A stretch of 32,574 nt of DNA from assembly GCA_001804205.1 (NCBI GenBank), contig MHFM01000011.1, positions 21,198-53,771 of the forward strand. Direction: 5' to 3'. Source of the DNA: Omnitrophica bacterium RIFCSPLOWO2_01_FULL_45_10b. Its GTDB lineage: Bacteria; Omnitrophota; Omnitrophia; Omnitrophales; Danuiimicrobiaceae. Positions 16,676 to 28,876 of this stretch are shown here, piece by piece. Below the pieces are notes generated by a model. That model worked only from the letters and a program-made list of their open reading frames with translations. It was not told the origin of the DNA and ran no database searches. Each line of letters opens with the position of its first letter. Within the stretch, counting starts at the first letter, position 1. The position numbers and the translations under genes are program-made.

Positions 16676-17816
16676 CGGAGCCATTCCAAAACAAGGATAT
16701 CTTAAGCGCGTGTTAATCGTTCATCCTCATGGCATCGGCGACGTGCTTTGGATCACCCCCGTGATTCGCGCGTTAAGCGAATATGGCGTCAAGCGTATTG
16801 ATTTGCTTCTCGGGAGTCGGACACGCGAGATTTTTGAACGCAACCCCCATGCAAATGAAATGTTTGAATGGGATAAATCGCCTGTAGCAAATATTTTTAA
16901 AAAGTGGTCCCGGTTTAAAAAGTTGGCGGTCACTTTTTGGAAACTTTGGCGCAATCATTATCAAGTGGTTCTTGATTTTTCGCTTGGTTCGCAATATGCG
17001 TTTTTATGCCAGTTCTTTTTTTGGATTCCTGTACGGCTTGGTTTTAATTTTAAAGGCCGAGGAAGATTTTCAACCCATCGCCTTGAGCTTCCCGATGGCT
17101 ACACTGACAAGCCGGTGGCCGATTACTATCTCGATCTTCTCAATATTTTAAACATCCAACCCACGCATAAGCGAACAGAACTTTTTCTGGACGAAAGGGA
17201 TTTTCAAAACGCAGAAGCGATTTTAAAAGAGCTCGGGCTTCATTCTGGAAGTTCTATTTTAGCGATTGCACCAGGCGGGGGAGAATCGTGGGGGAGCGAT
17301 GCGCGTCTTAAACGTTGGCCCGTTCAATATTTTGTTCAGTTAGTAAAGGAATTGCATCGGGATTACGGTTCTTTGTGTGAGGCGATTTTCATTTTAGGAG
17401 GGGCCGCTGAATCTCAGCTGGCCCAGCAGTTTTTAGAAGCGTTTCCTGAGAGATCAGTTTATAATCTTTGTGGCCGTGTTTCAATTCGGACAGCAGCGGC
17501 TTTAATACAAAAAGCTTCGCTTATGCTTGCCAACGATGGAGGCCTTGTGCATGTGGCCCATGCAATCGACACACCAGTCGTCGCTATTTATGGCCCGGTG
17601 GATCCTAAGGTCTATGGGCCTTATCCGGCTAAAAGCGCAGCACTTTCACTTACTGCCAGCGGCCCCGCTTGTCGGCCTTGTTACCAAAGGTTTCGTTATC
17701 AAGCGGCATGTAAAGGAATCGAGTGTTTAACCATGTTAACACCCGATCGGATTTTAGCGCGCCTTCATTCGGAACGTTTTCTCGAACGATTGTCTTCGGT
17801 AGGAGTTTCCAAATGA
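16656..17816 (+). CDS. GT9 family glycosyltransferase
   Basis: HGIGDVLWITP, APGGG...KRWP, ANDGGLVHVA, IYGP, CRPC motif. Start uncertain (16632 or 16656). Confidence 0.88.
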   Translation: MSLFWFNGAIPKQGYLKRVLIVHPHGIGDVLWITPVIRALSEYGVKRIDLLLGSRTREIFERNPHANEMFEWDKSPVANIFKKWSRFKKLAVTFWKLWRNHYQVVLDFSLGSQYAFLCQFFFWIPVRLGFNFKGRGRFSTHRLELPDGYTDKPVADYYLDLLNILNIQPTHKRTELFLDERDFQNAEAILKELGLHSGSSILAIAPGGGESWGSDARLKRWPVQYFVQLVKELHRDYGSLCEAIFILGGAAESQLAQQFLEAFPERSVYNLCGRVSIRTAAALIQKASLMLANDGGLVHVAHAIDTPVVAIYGPVDPKVYGPYPAKSAALSLTASGPACRPCYQRFRYQAACKGIECLTMLTPDRILARLHSERFLERLSSVGVSK

Positions 17817-18634
17817 GGCTTAAAAAACTTTCCGTATGCGCCATTTTAGCCGCAGGTCTTTTATTTGTTTTACAGGGGTGTAGTGGTATTCAAACGAAAA
17901 AAATCAATTCGTCCGCGGAACTGCCTGCACCGAAGGTGATTGAAAAATTGTCCTCCAGCATTCGCGAGGGAGAGAAACTAAAATTTAGCGTTAGATGGCT
18001 TGGCATGGAAGTTGGAACGGCAGAGGCGACGGTAAAGGGGATCGAAGAGATTCGCGGACGAAAAGCATATCACATTGAAGCTCTCGCGCGCTCGAATTCG
18101 CTCATCGACCTTGTTTATCCAGTGCGTGACGAACATCATACGTATCTTGATACAGAACGTTTTCATTCACTTCGTTATGAAAAAATAATACAAGAGGGCC
18201 GATATCGGGCGGATGAAGTGATGGAATATGATCAAGAGAATCATACGGCTACCTACTATTCACGGAAAAATAAAAGCCGAAAACAAATGTTTATTGCAAA
18301 AGACGTTAAGGACCAACTTGCAGCTGCCTATTGGTTCCGGTTACAGCCAATGGCCGTTGGTGATACCGTGCATATTCCTACCGAGGCGGATGAGAAGAAT
18401 TGGGATTTAGAAGTTAAAATACTTCAAGTCGATGAAGTTGAATTGGACAAATTGGATACGTTCCGTGCATTTCAAATTGAACCTATGGCGACCTTTCAGG
18501 GAATGTTCATTCGCCGCGGAAAAATTCGCGGTTGGATAAGCGCAGATGAAAAAAGGCTCCCTTTGATGATGAAAACAAAAGTTCCTGTCCTCGGAACTGT
18601 TACCGTCGTGTTGGTGGGCTATGAAGGCTGGTAA
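17813..18634 (+). CDS. DUF3108-like predicted lipoprotein
   Basis: ATGA overlap, SD AGGAG 17801-17805, signal peptide ending in lipobox LQG-C; GEKLKFSVRWLG..VG.A and WISADEKRLP patterns fit DUF3108. Confidence 0.78.
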   Translation: MRLKKLSVCAILAAGLLFVLQGCSGIQTKKINSSAELPAPKVIEKLSSSIREGEKLKFSVRWLGMEVGTAEATVKGIEEIRGRKAYHIEALARSNSLIDLVYPVRDEHHTYLDTERFHSLRYEKIIQEGRYRADEVMEYDQENHTATYYSRKNKSRKQMFIAKDVKDQLAAAYWFRLQPMAVGDTVHIPTEADEKNWDLEVKILQVDEVELDKLDTFRAFQIEPMATFQGMFIRRGKIRGWISADEKRLPLMMKTKVPVLGTVTVVLVGYEGW

Positions 18635-19490
18635 GATCAAACGGCTGTTGTTAGGGTCGGTCTTCGCCATAGTTATTTTTGGCGGAGTTGCTTTTTTTAT
18701 TTTGCCCCCAAAAGGTTATATTCCGGTGTTGATGTATCACTTTGTTGTTCCAAAAGCTCAGGTTGGTTCGACCTCACTTGATGTTAGCGTTGAGAATTTT
18801 AGCCGTCAAATGTGGTTCTTAAAAACTTTTGGATTTAGAACAATTTCATTGGATGAATACGAAGCGATCAAAACCGGCCGAACGAAAGCTCATGGCCGGG
18901 AAGTTTTGATTACCTTCGATGATGGGAATGAAACCTATATTCAGTATGCGTTGCCGGTATTGGAGCGCTATCAGATCAACTCAGCTAATTTCCTGGTTTG
19001 GAATTTTATGGTACAGAAGCAGTACGGAAGCATGAGTTTGGAAGATGCAAAGCGCCTTTCTTCCCATCCATTGATTACGTTCGCATCTCATTCTTTATCT
19101 CATATTCCTTTGGCCGATTCGCCAGCCGAAGAAGTGAGAACAGAGATTTTTGAATCTAAAGCAAAGCTCGAAGAGGCGTTGGGAGCAAAGATTAACTATT
19201 TTTGTTATCCTGAAGGCTCGCATGATGAACGAACAATAAAAATGGCGGAAGAAGCAGGTTATCGGCTTGCTTTTACGACCTCAAGGAAACAGCTTCAAGG
19301 CCGTCCAGGAACTCTCTACTCCATCGTCCGAATAAAAGTTTCTCCTACCCAGAATTTATTTGTTTTTTGGATTAATGTTTCCGGTTTTACTGCTTGGGGC
19401 AAGGAAATCGACTCTTTTTTCCATCAATTGACAGGTCAAAACTACAATGGTACACTAACACCTTATAAGCTGAATCCAAAAACATCATAA
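18621..19490 (+). CDS. Polysaccharide deacetylase (CE4, NodB homology) with N-terminal membrane anchor
   Basis: IPVLMYH, ITFDDG, SHSLSH, FCYPEG motifs; hydrophobic N-terminus. Confidence 0.9.
   Translation: MKAGKIKRLLLGSVFAIVIFGGVAFFILPPKGYIPVLMYHFVVPKAQVGSTSLDVSVENFSRQMWFLKTFGFRTISLDEYEAIKTGRTKAHGREVLITFDDGNETYIQYALPVLERYQINSANFLVWNFMVQKQYGSMSLEDAKRLSSHPLITFASHSLSHIPLADSPAEEVRTEIFESKAKLEEALGAKINYFCYPEGSHDERTIKMAEEAGYRLAFTTSRKQLQGRPGTLYSIVRIKVSPTQNLFVFWINVSGFTAWGKEIDSFFHQLTGQNYNGTLTPYKLNPKTS
19428..19456 (+). promoter_or_regulatory. Internal sigma70 promoter upstream of hldA
   Basis: TTGACA(19428-19433)-N17-TACACT(19451-19456) with an extended -10 TG, inside the 3' end of the deacetylase gene. 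Confidence 0.7.
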
Positions 19491-19518
19491 GTTATTTTCC
19501 TGAAAGGATTTAAGTTAA

Positions 19519-20566
19519 ATGCGCACGTCTGAAAAAACCAATCGCCTGAACGGCAAATACACCCAAGGTTTAAACCGCCTTGTGGACCGCCTGACAGACG
19601 CTAAAGTTATGGTTGTTGGCGATTGGATTTTGGATGAGTTTGTGTGGGGGACTGTTGATCGAATTTCACCGGAAGCGCCGGTGCCCGTCGTCAATGTTAC
19701 CCGCGAGTCTTTTGTTCCTGGAGGTGCCCTGAACGTTGCCAATAACATCAGGACCTTAGGTGGATCCGTTTATCCATGCGGACTTGTGGGTCGAGATCTC
19801 CGTGGCCGGATGTTGGTAAAAGCAATGCGCAGAGAAGGCATTGATACCAGCGGTGCTATTTATGACAAAACCCGCCCCACGACATTAAAGACGCGCGTCG
19901 TAGCCCATTCGCAACAAATGGTTCGTTTTGACCGCGAAGACAGCCGAAATTTGAGCGGGGATCATTTAAAAAAAGTGTTGGTTTTTATTGAAAAGCTATT
20001 ACCAAAAGTTGACGCGGTCGTTATTGAAGACTATGGCAAGGGGATGATTACTCCCGCATTGCTCAGCCATATTTTGAAGCAAGCCAATGCCCTTAAAAAA
20101 CCGATACTCGTCGATCCGAAAGAGAAGAATTTTGCTTATTACCGCGGTGTTACAGCAGTGACCCCAAACCGCAGAGAAGCTCTGAACGCTTATGGCCAAA
20201 ATGTTGACAGCGGTGCGCCAAACATAGATAAAGTTGGCCGAGCGTTGCTCAAAAAATTTTTGTGCCAAGCGGTTTTAATTACGCTGGGTGAAGAAGGAAT
20301 GATTTTGTTTGAAAAAAATGGAGCGATTACCAAAATCCCTACGGCTGCTCAGGAAGTTTATGACGTTTCAGGAGCCGGCGATACAGTCATCGCAGTTTTT
20401 GCAATGGCTTTAGCCGTAGGCGCAACAATGAAAGAAGCTGCAGTACTATCCAATTGCGCGGCAGGAATTGTGGTGGGAAAATTAGGGACCGCTACCGTAA
20501 CCCCTCAAGAGTTAAAAGCTTCTCTTTCCGTTTCATCGGGTCGAATGAGGAAGCGAGCGCTTTCCG

Positions 20567-20574
<8 letters not shown>
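19519..20574 (+). CDS. rfaE1: D-glycero-beta-D-manno-heptose-7-phosphate kinase (stand-alone HldA/RfaE1)
   Basis: GDWILDEF.WG.VDRISPEAPVPV, DYGKG, VDPK, TPN, DVSGAGDT; no adenylyltransferase domain. Confidence 0.93.
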
Positions 20575-23846
<3,272 letters not shown>

Positions 23847-23850
<4 letters not shown>

Positions 23851-24812
23851 GACAAGATCTTGTGCTTGCCAAAAAAGTGTTGAAAATCGAATCTCAAGCG
23901 ATTCAAAAGCTGAGCGCCAGAATCGGCCGAAATTTTGAACAAGCCCTTGATTTGCTCAAGTCATGCACAGGCCGTGTTGTGGTAACAGGCATGGGCAAGC
24001 CCGGCTTCATTGCACGCAAAATCGCCGCTACGTTTGCTTCTACCGGAACGCCAAGTCTTTTTCTTCATCCTGCCGAGGCCATTCATGGAGATTTAGGCAT
24101 GGTGACCAAAGCGGATGTGATTTTGGCCATTTCCAATAGCGGCGAAACGGAAGAAATTACGCGGCTGCTCTCCACCATTAAAAAAATCGGCGCGAAATTG
24201 ATTGCGCTGACCGGAAATATTCAGTCTACCTTAGCAAAAAATTCAGATGTAGTTCTCAATATAGGTTTGGAGCAGGAGGCATGTCCCTTGAATTTAGCAC
24301 CCACCGCTTCCACAACTGCCGCACTTGCTATGGGAGATGCGTTGGCTGTATGTTTGGCCAAACGAAAAGGTTTCCGTGAAGAAGATTTTGCATTCTTACA
24401 TCCGGGCGGAAGTCTTGGGAAAAAATTGATCAAAGTTCGTGATTTGATGAGGCGCGGAAAATTAAATCCCATTGTCCGTGGAACAGCCACGGTAGAAAAA
24501 GCGCTGTTGGCAATTACAAGCGCTCGCGCGGGTTCTTGCACCATTGTGGACAAGCAAGGAAAATTAAAAGGTATTTTTACCGATGGTGATCTGCGCCGCC
24601 ACTTAAAACAAAATGGAGTTTCCATTCTCTCAAAACCGATTGAACCCTTCGCCACGAAAAGGCCGATTGCCATTCAAGATGAAAAATTAGCGGCGGAAGC
24701 GCTTCAAATTTTGCGCGATCGAAACATCGACGAATTGCCCGTTGTGGACCGAAAAGGCCGGGCGGTTGGCCTCTTGGACGTCCAGGATCTTTTGAAAGCG
24801 GGATTTGTATGA
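23847..24812 (+). CDS. kdsD: Arabinose-5-phosphate isomerase (KpsF/GutQ; SIS + CBS domains)
   Basis: TGMGKPG.IARKIAAT..STGTP, HGDLG, SNSGET, APTAST, HPGG.LG, TDGDLRR. Confidence 0.94.
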
Positions 24813-24824
24813 AGAGGTTTGTTC

Positions 24825-25769
24825 TTGAGTAAGACGCGAAAGCACCGATTTTTTTTGTATCTTGGGCTTGAGCTGTTGAGGCATTTGGTTTTAATTTTGC
24901 CCAGATGGTTGAATCATGCGATGGCCAGCGGCATTGGGTTCTCTGCTTATTGGATTCTTCCAAAAGAACGGGCCAAAACGGTCCGGCATCTAAAGGAAGC
25001 ATTCGGAAACGAGAAAAGCGAACGCGAATTTCTCAAGATCGGCCAAGAAGCTTTTATCCATTTATCGAAATCGGCAATCGATGTGCTTTGTTTTCCAAAG
25101 CTCAATCAAAAACGAATTGAACGCCTTGTTCGTTTTGATGTGGGACGAAGCCTTTTAGACGATGCTTTAGCGCGGGGCAATGGGGCTATTGTTTTAACGG
25201 GGCATATCGGCAATTGGGAGCTTTTGGCCTCCTATTTTCGATTTTTAGGTTATCCGGGTTCTTTGGTTGGTCGCCGAATTTATTATGAGCTGTTCAACCA
25301 GGTTTTAGTTTCGCTTCGCAAGAGCGCTTTGGTTTCGACCATTTATCGAGATGAATCGCCGCGACAAGTTTTGGCGGAGCTTAAAGCCAATCATACGATT
25401 GGAATGTCCGCCGATCAGGACGTTGATAGCATCGAAGGTATTTTTGTTCCTTTTTTTGGAAAACCGGCATGGACACCCACTGGCCCGGCCAAGATCGCCT
25501 TGGCGAGCGGAGCGGCGATTGTGCCGGCTTTTATGATGCATGAGGGAGATCATTACCGTTTGTTCGTGGAAGAGCCAATTTGGCCATCTCAAGAGGAGTC
25601 AAAGGAAAAGGCTGTAAAAATGATGACTGAAGCATGGTCGCAGATTGTGGAGCGGTACGTCCGGCTTTTTCCGAATCAATGGGTATGGATGCATAACCGT
25701 TGGAAAACCAAAGCGGAACCGCAAACAAAATCAAAAAATTTTGTCGGCTTGGAACGAGTAGCTTCATGA
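24825..25769 (+). CDS. lpxL: Lipid A biosynthesis late acyltransferase (LpxL/HtrB family)
   Basis: TGHIGNWELL, ADQD, VPFFG, PNQWVWMHNRWK. TTG start at 24825 (or 24819). Acyl specificity unknown. Confidence 0.8.
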   Translation: MSKTRKHRFFLYLGLELLRHLVLILPRWLNHAMASGIGFSAYWILPKERAKTVRHLKEAFGNEKSEREFLKIGQEAFIHLSKSAIDVLCFPKLNQKRIERLVRFDVGRSLLDDALARGNGAIVLTGHIGNWELLASYFRFLGYPGSLVGRRIYYELFNQVLVSLRKSALVSTIYRDESPRQVLAELKANHTIGMSADQDVDSIEGIFVPFFGKPAWTPTGPAKIALASGAAIVPAFMMHEGDHYRLFVEEPIWPSQEESKEKAVKMMTEAWSQIVERYVRLFPNQWVWMHNRWKTKAEPQTKSKNFVGLERVAS

Positions 25770-26653
25770 TCCGAAAACTGATTTTAGCCTGCGTTATTTT
25801 GGTCCTTGCTTATGTTGCTTTAATCCAATTCAAAATTTGGATGCACACACGTGCCGATCGGAAAGGCCATGGTAAAGAGGAGCAGGAGCAGAAAAGTGAA
25901 GTAGCGCAGCGGGTTTATAGTTTTTCATTTTCTAAATACACAGACACCGGTGAAAAGGAACTGGAAATCGAAGGTGACTCTGCGGATATTTTTTCTCAAA
26001 ATGTTGCCCTGATCAACGTTATTGCAAAAGCTTATGCCGAAGAATCACCGGTGACCATTACGGCTGACCAAGGTTCCATTGATCGCTCAACGAGCGACGT
26101 TCAGTTGCATAAGAATGTTGTGGCAACGACCGAAAATGGAACGCGCTTGATGACAGATCAACTGAATATTCATCCGTCGGATAAGCGAATGGATACAGAT
26201 TCTGAGGCGAAAGTGAAGAAAGACAACATCAATATTGAAGGTACTGGCGCGAGCAGTGATTCACAATTAAGCAAAGTGACCTTTAAGAAAAATGTAACCG
26301 TTGTGGTACAAGACCCGGATTCCGAGTCCAAAGTACCAACGGTGATTACCTCAGACGGCCCCCTTGAGGTTGATTACAAACGTAATATTGCGCACTTTTC
26401 AAAGAACGTGGTGGCCCATCATGCTCAAGGGACCCTGAACGCGGATTACATGGATGTGATTTACGAAAAAGACACGCGCAAAGTTTCTAAAATTGTTGCC
26501 CGCGGCAATGTCATTATCGTCAGTAAGGAAGGAAATAAAACCTATAGTGACATCGCCGTTTATTTGGCCAAAGAGGGCAGAGTGGTGTTGGGAGGAGATG
26601 TGGATGCCAAGTACCGCTCTGACGAATCCGGCCTAGGGAAATCTTTGTTTTAG
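25766..26653 (+). CDS. lptC: LPS export protein: LptC domain fused to an LptA/OstA-like domain
   Basis: ATGA overlap at 25766; N-terminal TM helix; LptC-like beta repeats (ITADQG, L.KNVV, L.TD.L); second domain VITSDG.L.VDY...AHF.KNV...L.AD......IVARGNV; directly upstream of lptB. Confidence 0.8.
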   Translation: MIRKLILACVILVLAYVALIQFKIWMHTRADRKGHGKEEQEQKSEVAQRVYSFSFSKYTDTGEKELEIEGDSADIFSQNVALINVIAKAYAEESPVTITADQGSIDRSTSDVQLHKNVVATTENGTRLMTDQLNIHPSDKRMDTDSEAKVKKDNINIEGTGASSDSQLSKVTFKKNVTVVVQDPDSESKVPTVITSDGPLEVDYKRNIAHFSKNVVAHHAQGTLNADYMDVIYEKDTRKVSKIVARGNVIIVSKEGNKTYSDIAVYLAKEGRVVLGGDVDAKYRSDESGLGKSLF

Positions 26654-26663
26654 GGAGACCAAA

Positions 26664-27389
26664 ATGAATTTGCTTGAAACCCATGGTTTAACAAAAAGTT
26701 ATAAGGGCCGTTGCGTGGCCAATCAAGTTTCCATTCAAATTTCACGCGGTGAGATTGTGGGACTTTTGGGCCCTAATGGAGCTGGAAAAACAACGACATT
26801 TTATATGGTTGTGGGTGTGATTAAAGCCGATAGCGGGCAAATTCTTTTTCGCGGCGAAGAAGTGGCGCAGTTGCCGATGTACCGGCGCGCCCGCATGGGA
26901 ATGGGTTATTTATCGCAAGAACCCTCCATTTTTCGAAAATTGACCGTTGAGGAAAATATTATGGCCATTCTGGAAACATTGGATATTCCTCAATTGGAAA
27001 GAAAAAAACGGTTGGAACGCCTTTTGGAAGAACTTGACATTACTTATGTAGCTAAAAATAAAGCGTACACACTTTCCGGCGGAGAACGCAGGCGACTTGA
27101 AATTACGCGAGCGCTTGTGACCAATCCATCGCTTCTTTTATTGGACGAGCCCTTTAGCGGCGTAGATCCAATCGCGGTATTTGAGGTTCAAAAGATTTTG
27201 CGAAAATTGAAATCTCAAGGCCTCAGCATTTTACTGACCGATCATAGCGTTCGAGAAACTCTTTCCATTACGGATCGGGCTTATATTATGTGCGAAGGAA
27301 AAATAGAAGTTTCCGGGTCGTCTCATTTTCTGTCGACCGATAAAAAAGCCCGCGAAATTTATTTGGGCGAACGTTTTGTTCTTGCTTAA
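26664..27389 (+). CDS. lptB: LPS export ABC transporter ATPase
   Basis: GPNGAGKTTTFY, YLSQEPSIFRKL, LSGGERRRLEI, LLDEPFSGVDP, TDHSVRETL, YLGE.F. Confidence 0.96.
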   Translation: MNLLETHGLTKSYKGRCVANQVSIQISRGEIVGLLGPNGAGKTTTFYMVVGVIKADSGQILFRGEEVAQLPMYRRARMGMGYLSQEPSIFRKLTVEENIMAILETLDIPQLERKKRLERLLEELDITYVAKNKAYTLSGGERRRLEITRALVTNPSLLLLDEPFSGVDPIAVFEVQKILRKLKSQGLSILLTDHSVRETLSITDRAYIMCEGKIEVSGSSHFLSTDKKAREIYLGERFVLA

Positions 27390-27420
27390 TCAATCTTAAC
27401 ATTGTGACGGAGGAATGTGA

Positions 27421-27885
27421 ATGAAGATTTCTGAAACTTTGGATAAACGCGCAATTAAAATCGGGCTTAATGCTACAGCGAAGGAAGATGTCCTCAAAGA
27501 GTTGGTCGATGTTTTAGCGCAAGTTGAGAATATCGGCGATGCCAAGGGAATTTTAAAGGCGCTTATTGAGCGCGAAAATTTGGGTTCAACCGGTATTGGG
27601 CAGGGGATTGCTATCCCCCACGGGAAAACCGACAAGGTAACGCGCCTCGTTGCTGTTTTGGGAATCAGCAAATCGGGAGTCAATTTCGATGCGTTGGATG
27701 GAGAGCCGGTCTACATTTTTTTTCTATTGGTGGCACCCAAAGCTACAGCAGGCCCTCATTTAAAAGCATTGGCTCAGATTTCACGTCTTCTTCGAGATAG
27801 TTACTTTTGCGAATTAATTCGTAAATGTAAGACAGAAGAAGAACTATTTCAACTCATTAAAAACGAAGAAGAAAAGAAACATTAA
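27421..27885 (+). CDS. ptsN: PTS EIIA (Ntr/fructose-type), PtsN-like
   Basis: ERE.LGSTGIGQGIAIPH (phospho-His), FDALDGEPV, HLKALA; SD GGAGG. Confidence 0.88.
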   Translation: MKISETLDKRAIKIGLNATAKEDVLKELVDVLAQVENIGDAKGILKALIERENLGSTGIGQGIAIPHGKTDKVTRLVAVLGISKSGVNFDALDGEPVYIFFLLVAPKATAGPHLKALAQISRLLRDSYFCELIRKCKTEEELFQLIKNEEEKKH

Positions 27886-27919
27886 CTTCTGTTTTTCAAT
27901 CACATAACATAACCTATCC

Positions 27920-28876
27920 ATGGCGTACCTTTCCGTTCAAAACTTCTACGATGGGATGAAGGATCAGTTAAAACTGAGCCTGATAACTCCCACTGTTCCC
28001 TTGACCCGTAAGATCCATTCTCCCGAGATCCATAGGCCGGGCCTGGCTTTTTCGGGTTTTTATGATTACTTTGCGTTTGACTGCCTTCAGATTCTCGGAA
28101 AAACGGAAATTCGTTTTCTTAAAAAATTACAGGGCCACGCCCGACGGGTAAATTTAGGCCGTTTTTTCTCATTCCGAATTCCATGCATTATTGTGTCGAA
28201 ACAACAAAGCGTACCGCGCGATTTTTTAGAGCAAGCGGTTCGTGCCGGCATTCCGGTTTTTCGCTCGCCGTTCCGCACCGCGCGGGTAGCAAGCCAGGTA
28301 ACTGTTTTTATCGAAGAAGCAAGCGCGCCGGAAGCCAGCATTCATGCAACGCTTGTCGATGTTTATGGCGTAGGGACGCTTCTCCTTGGAAAAAGCGGGG
28401 TTGGAAAATCGGAATGCGCCCTTGAGCTTGTGGAACGTAAGCACCGGCTTGTGGCGGATGACATTGTAGAAATTCGAGTTGAGAATCACGAACTCATCGG
28501 GCGCTCGAATGATGTTTTGCATCATCATATGGAAATTCGCGGGTTAGGCATTATTGACGTTCGAGCTATTTTTGGAGTGGGTGCCGTGCGGAATCGTAAA
28601 CGCATTACTTTAGCCGTGACGCTTGAACATTGGAAAAAAGAACGCGAATATGAACGGCTTGGCCTTGAAGGGCAGGAATATGAACTTTTAGGCATGAAAG
28701 TTCCTCATTTGATTATTCCTGTGCGACCAGGCCGAAATATTCCAATTTTGGTCGAGACAGCCGCTTTAACTCAGCGGCTTAATAAGATGGGCGCTAATCC
28801 GGCGAAAGAATTTAACCAAAGATTAATTCAATCGATGGGGTCTGCGGCCCAAGCCGGCAACGGATTGGAAACATGA
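27920..28876 (+). CDS. hprK: HPr(Ser) kinase/phosphorylase
   Basis: RPGLAFSG, HATLVDVYGVG, GKSGVGKSE.ALEL, LVADD, MEIRGLGII, PVRPGRN. Confidence 0.96.
   Translation: MAYLSVQNFYDGMKDQLKLSLITPTVPLTRKIHSPEIHRPGLAFSGFYDYFAFDCLQILGKTEIRFLKKLQGHARRVNLGRFFSFRIPCIIVSKQQSVPRDFLEQAVRAGIPVFRSPFRTARVASQVTVFIEEASAPEASIHATLVDVYGVGTLLLGKSGVGKSECALELVERKHRLVADDIVEIRVENHELIGRSNDVLHHHMEIRGLGIIDVRAIFGVGAVRNRKRITLAVTLEHWKKEREYERLGLEGQEYELLGMKVPHLIIPVRPGRNIPILVETAALTQRLNKMGANPAKEFNQRLIQSMGSAAQAGNGLET

Noticed and set aside
27886-27919. CATAACATAAC short repeat and SD-less start of hprK
   Set aside because: Too short to distinguish from chance in an AT-rich spacer.
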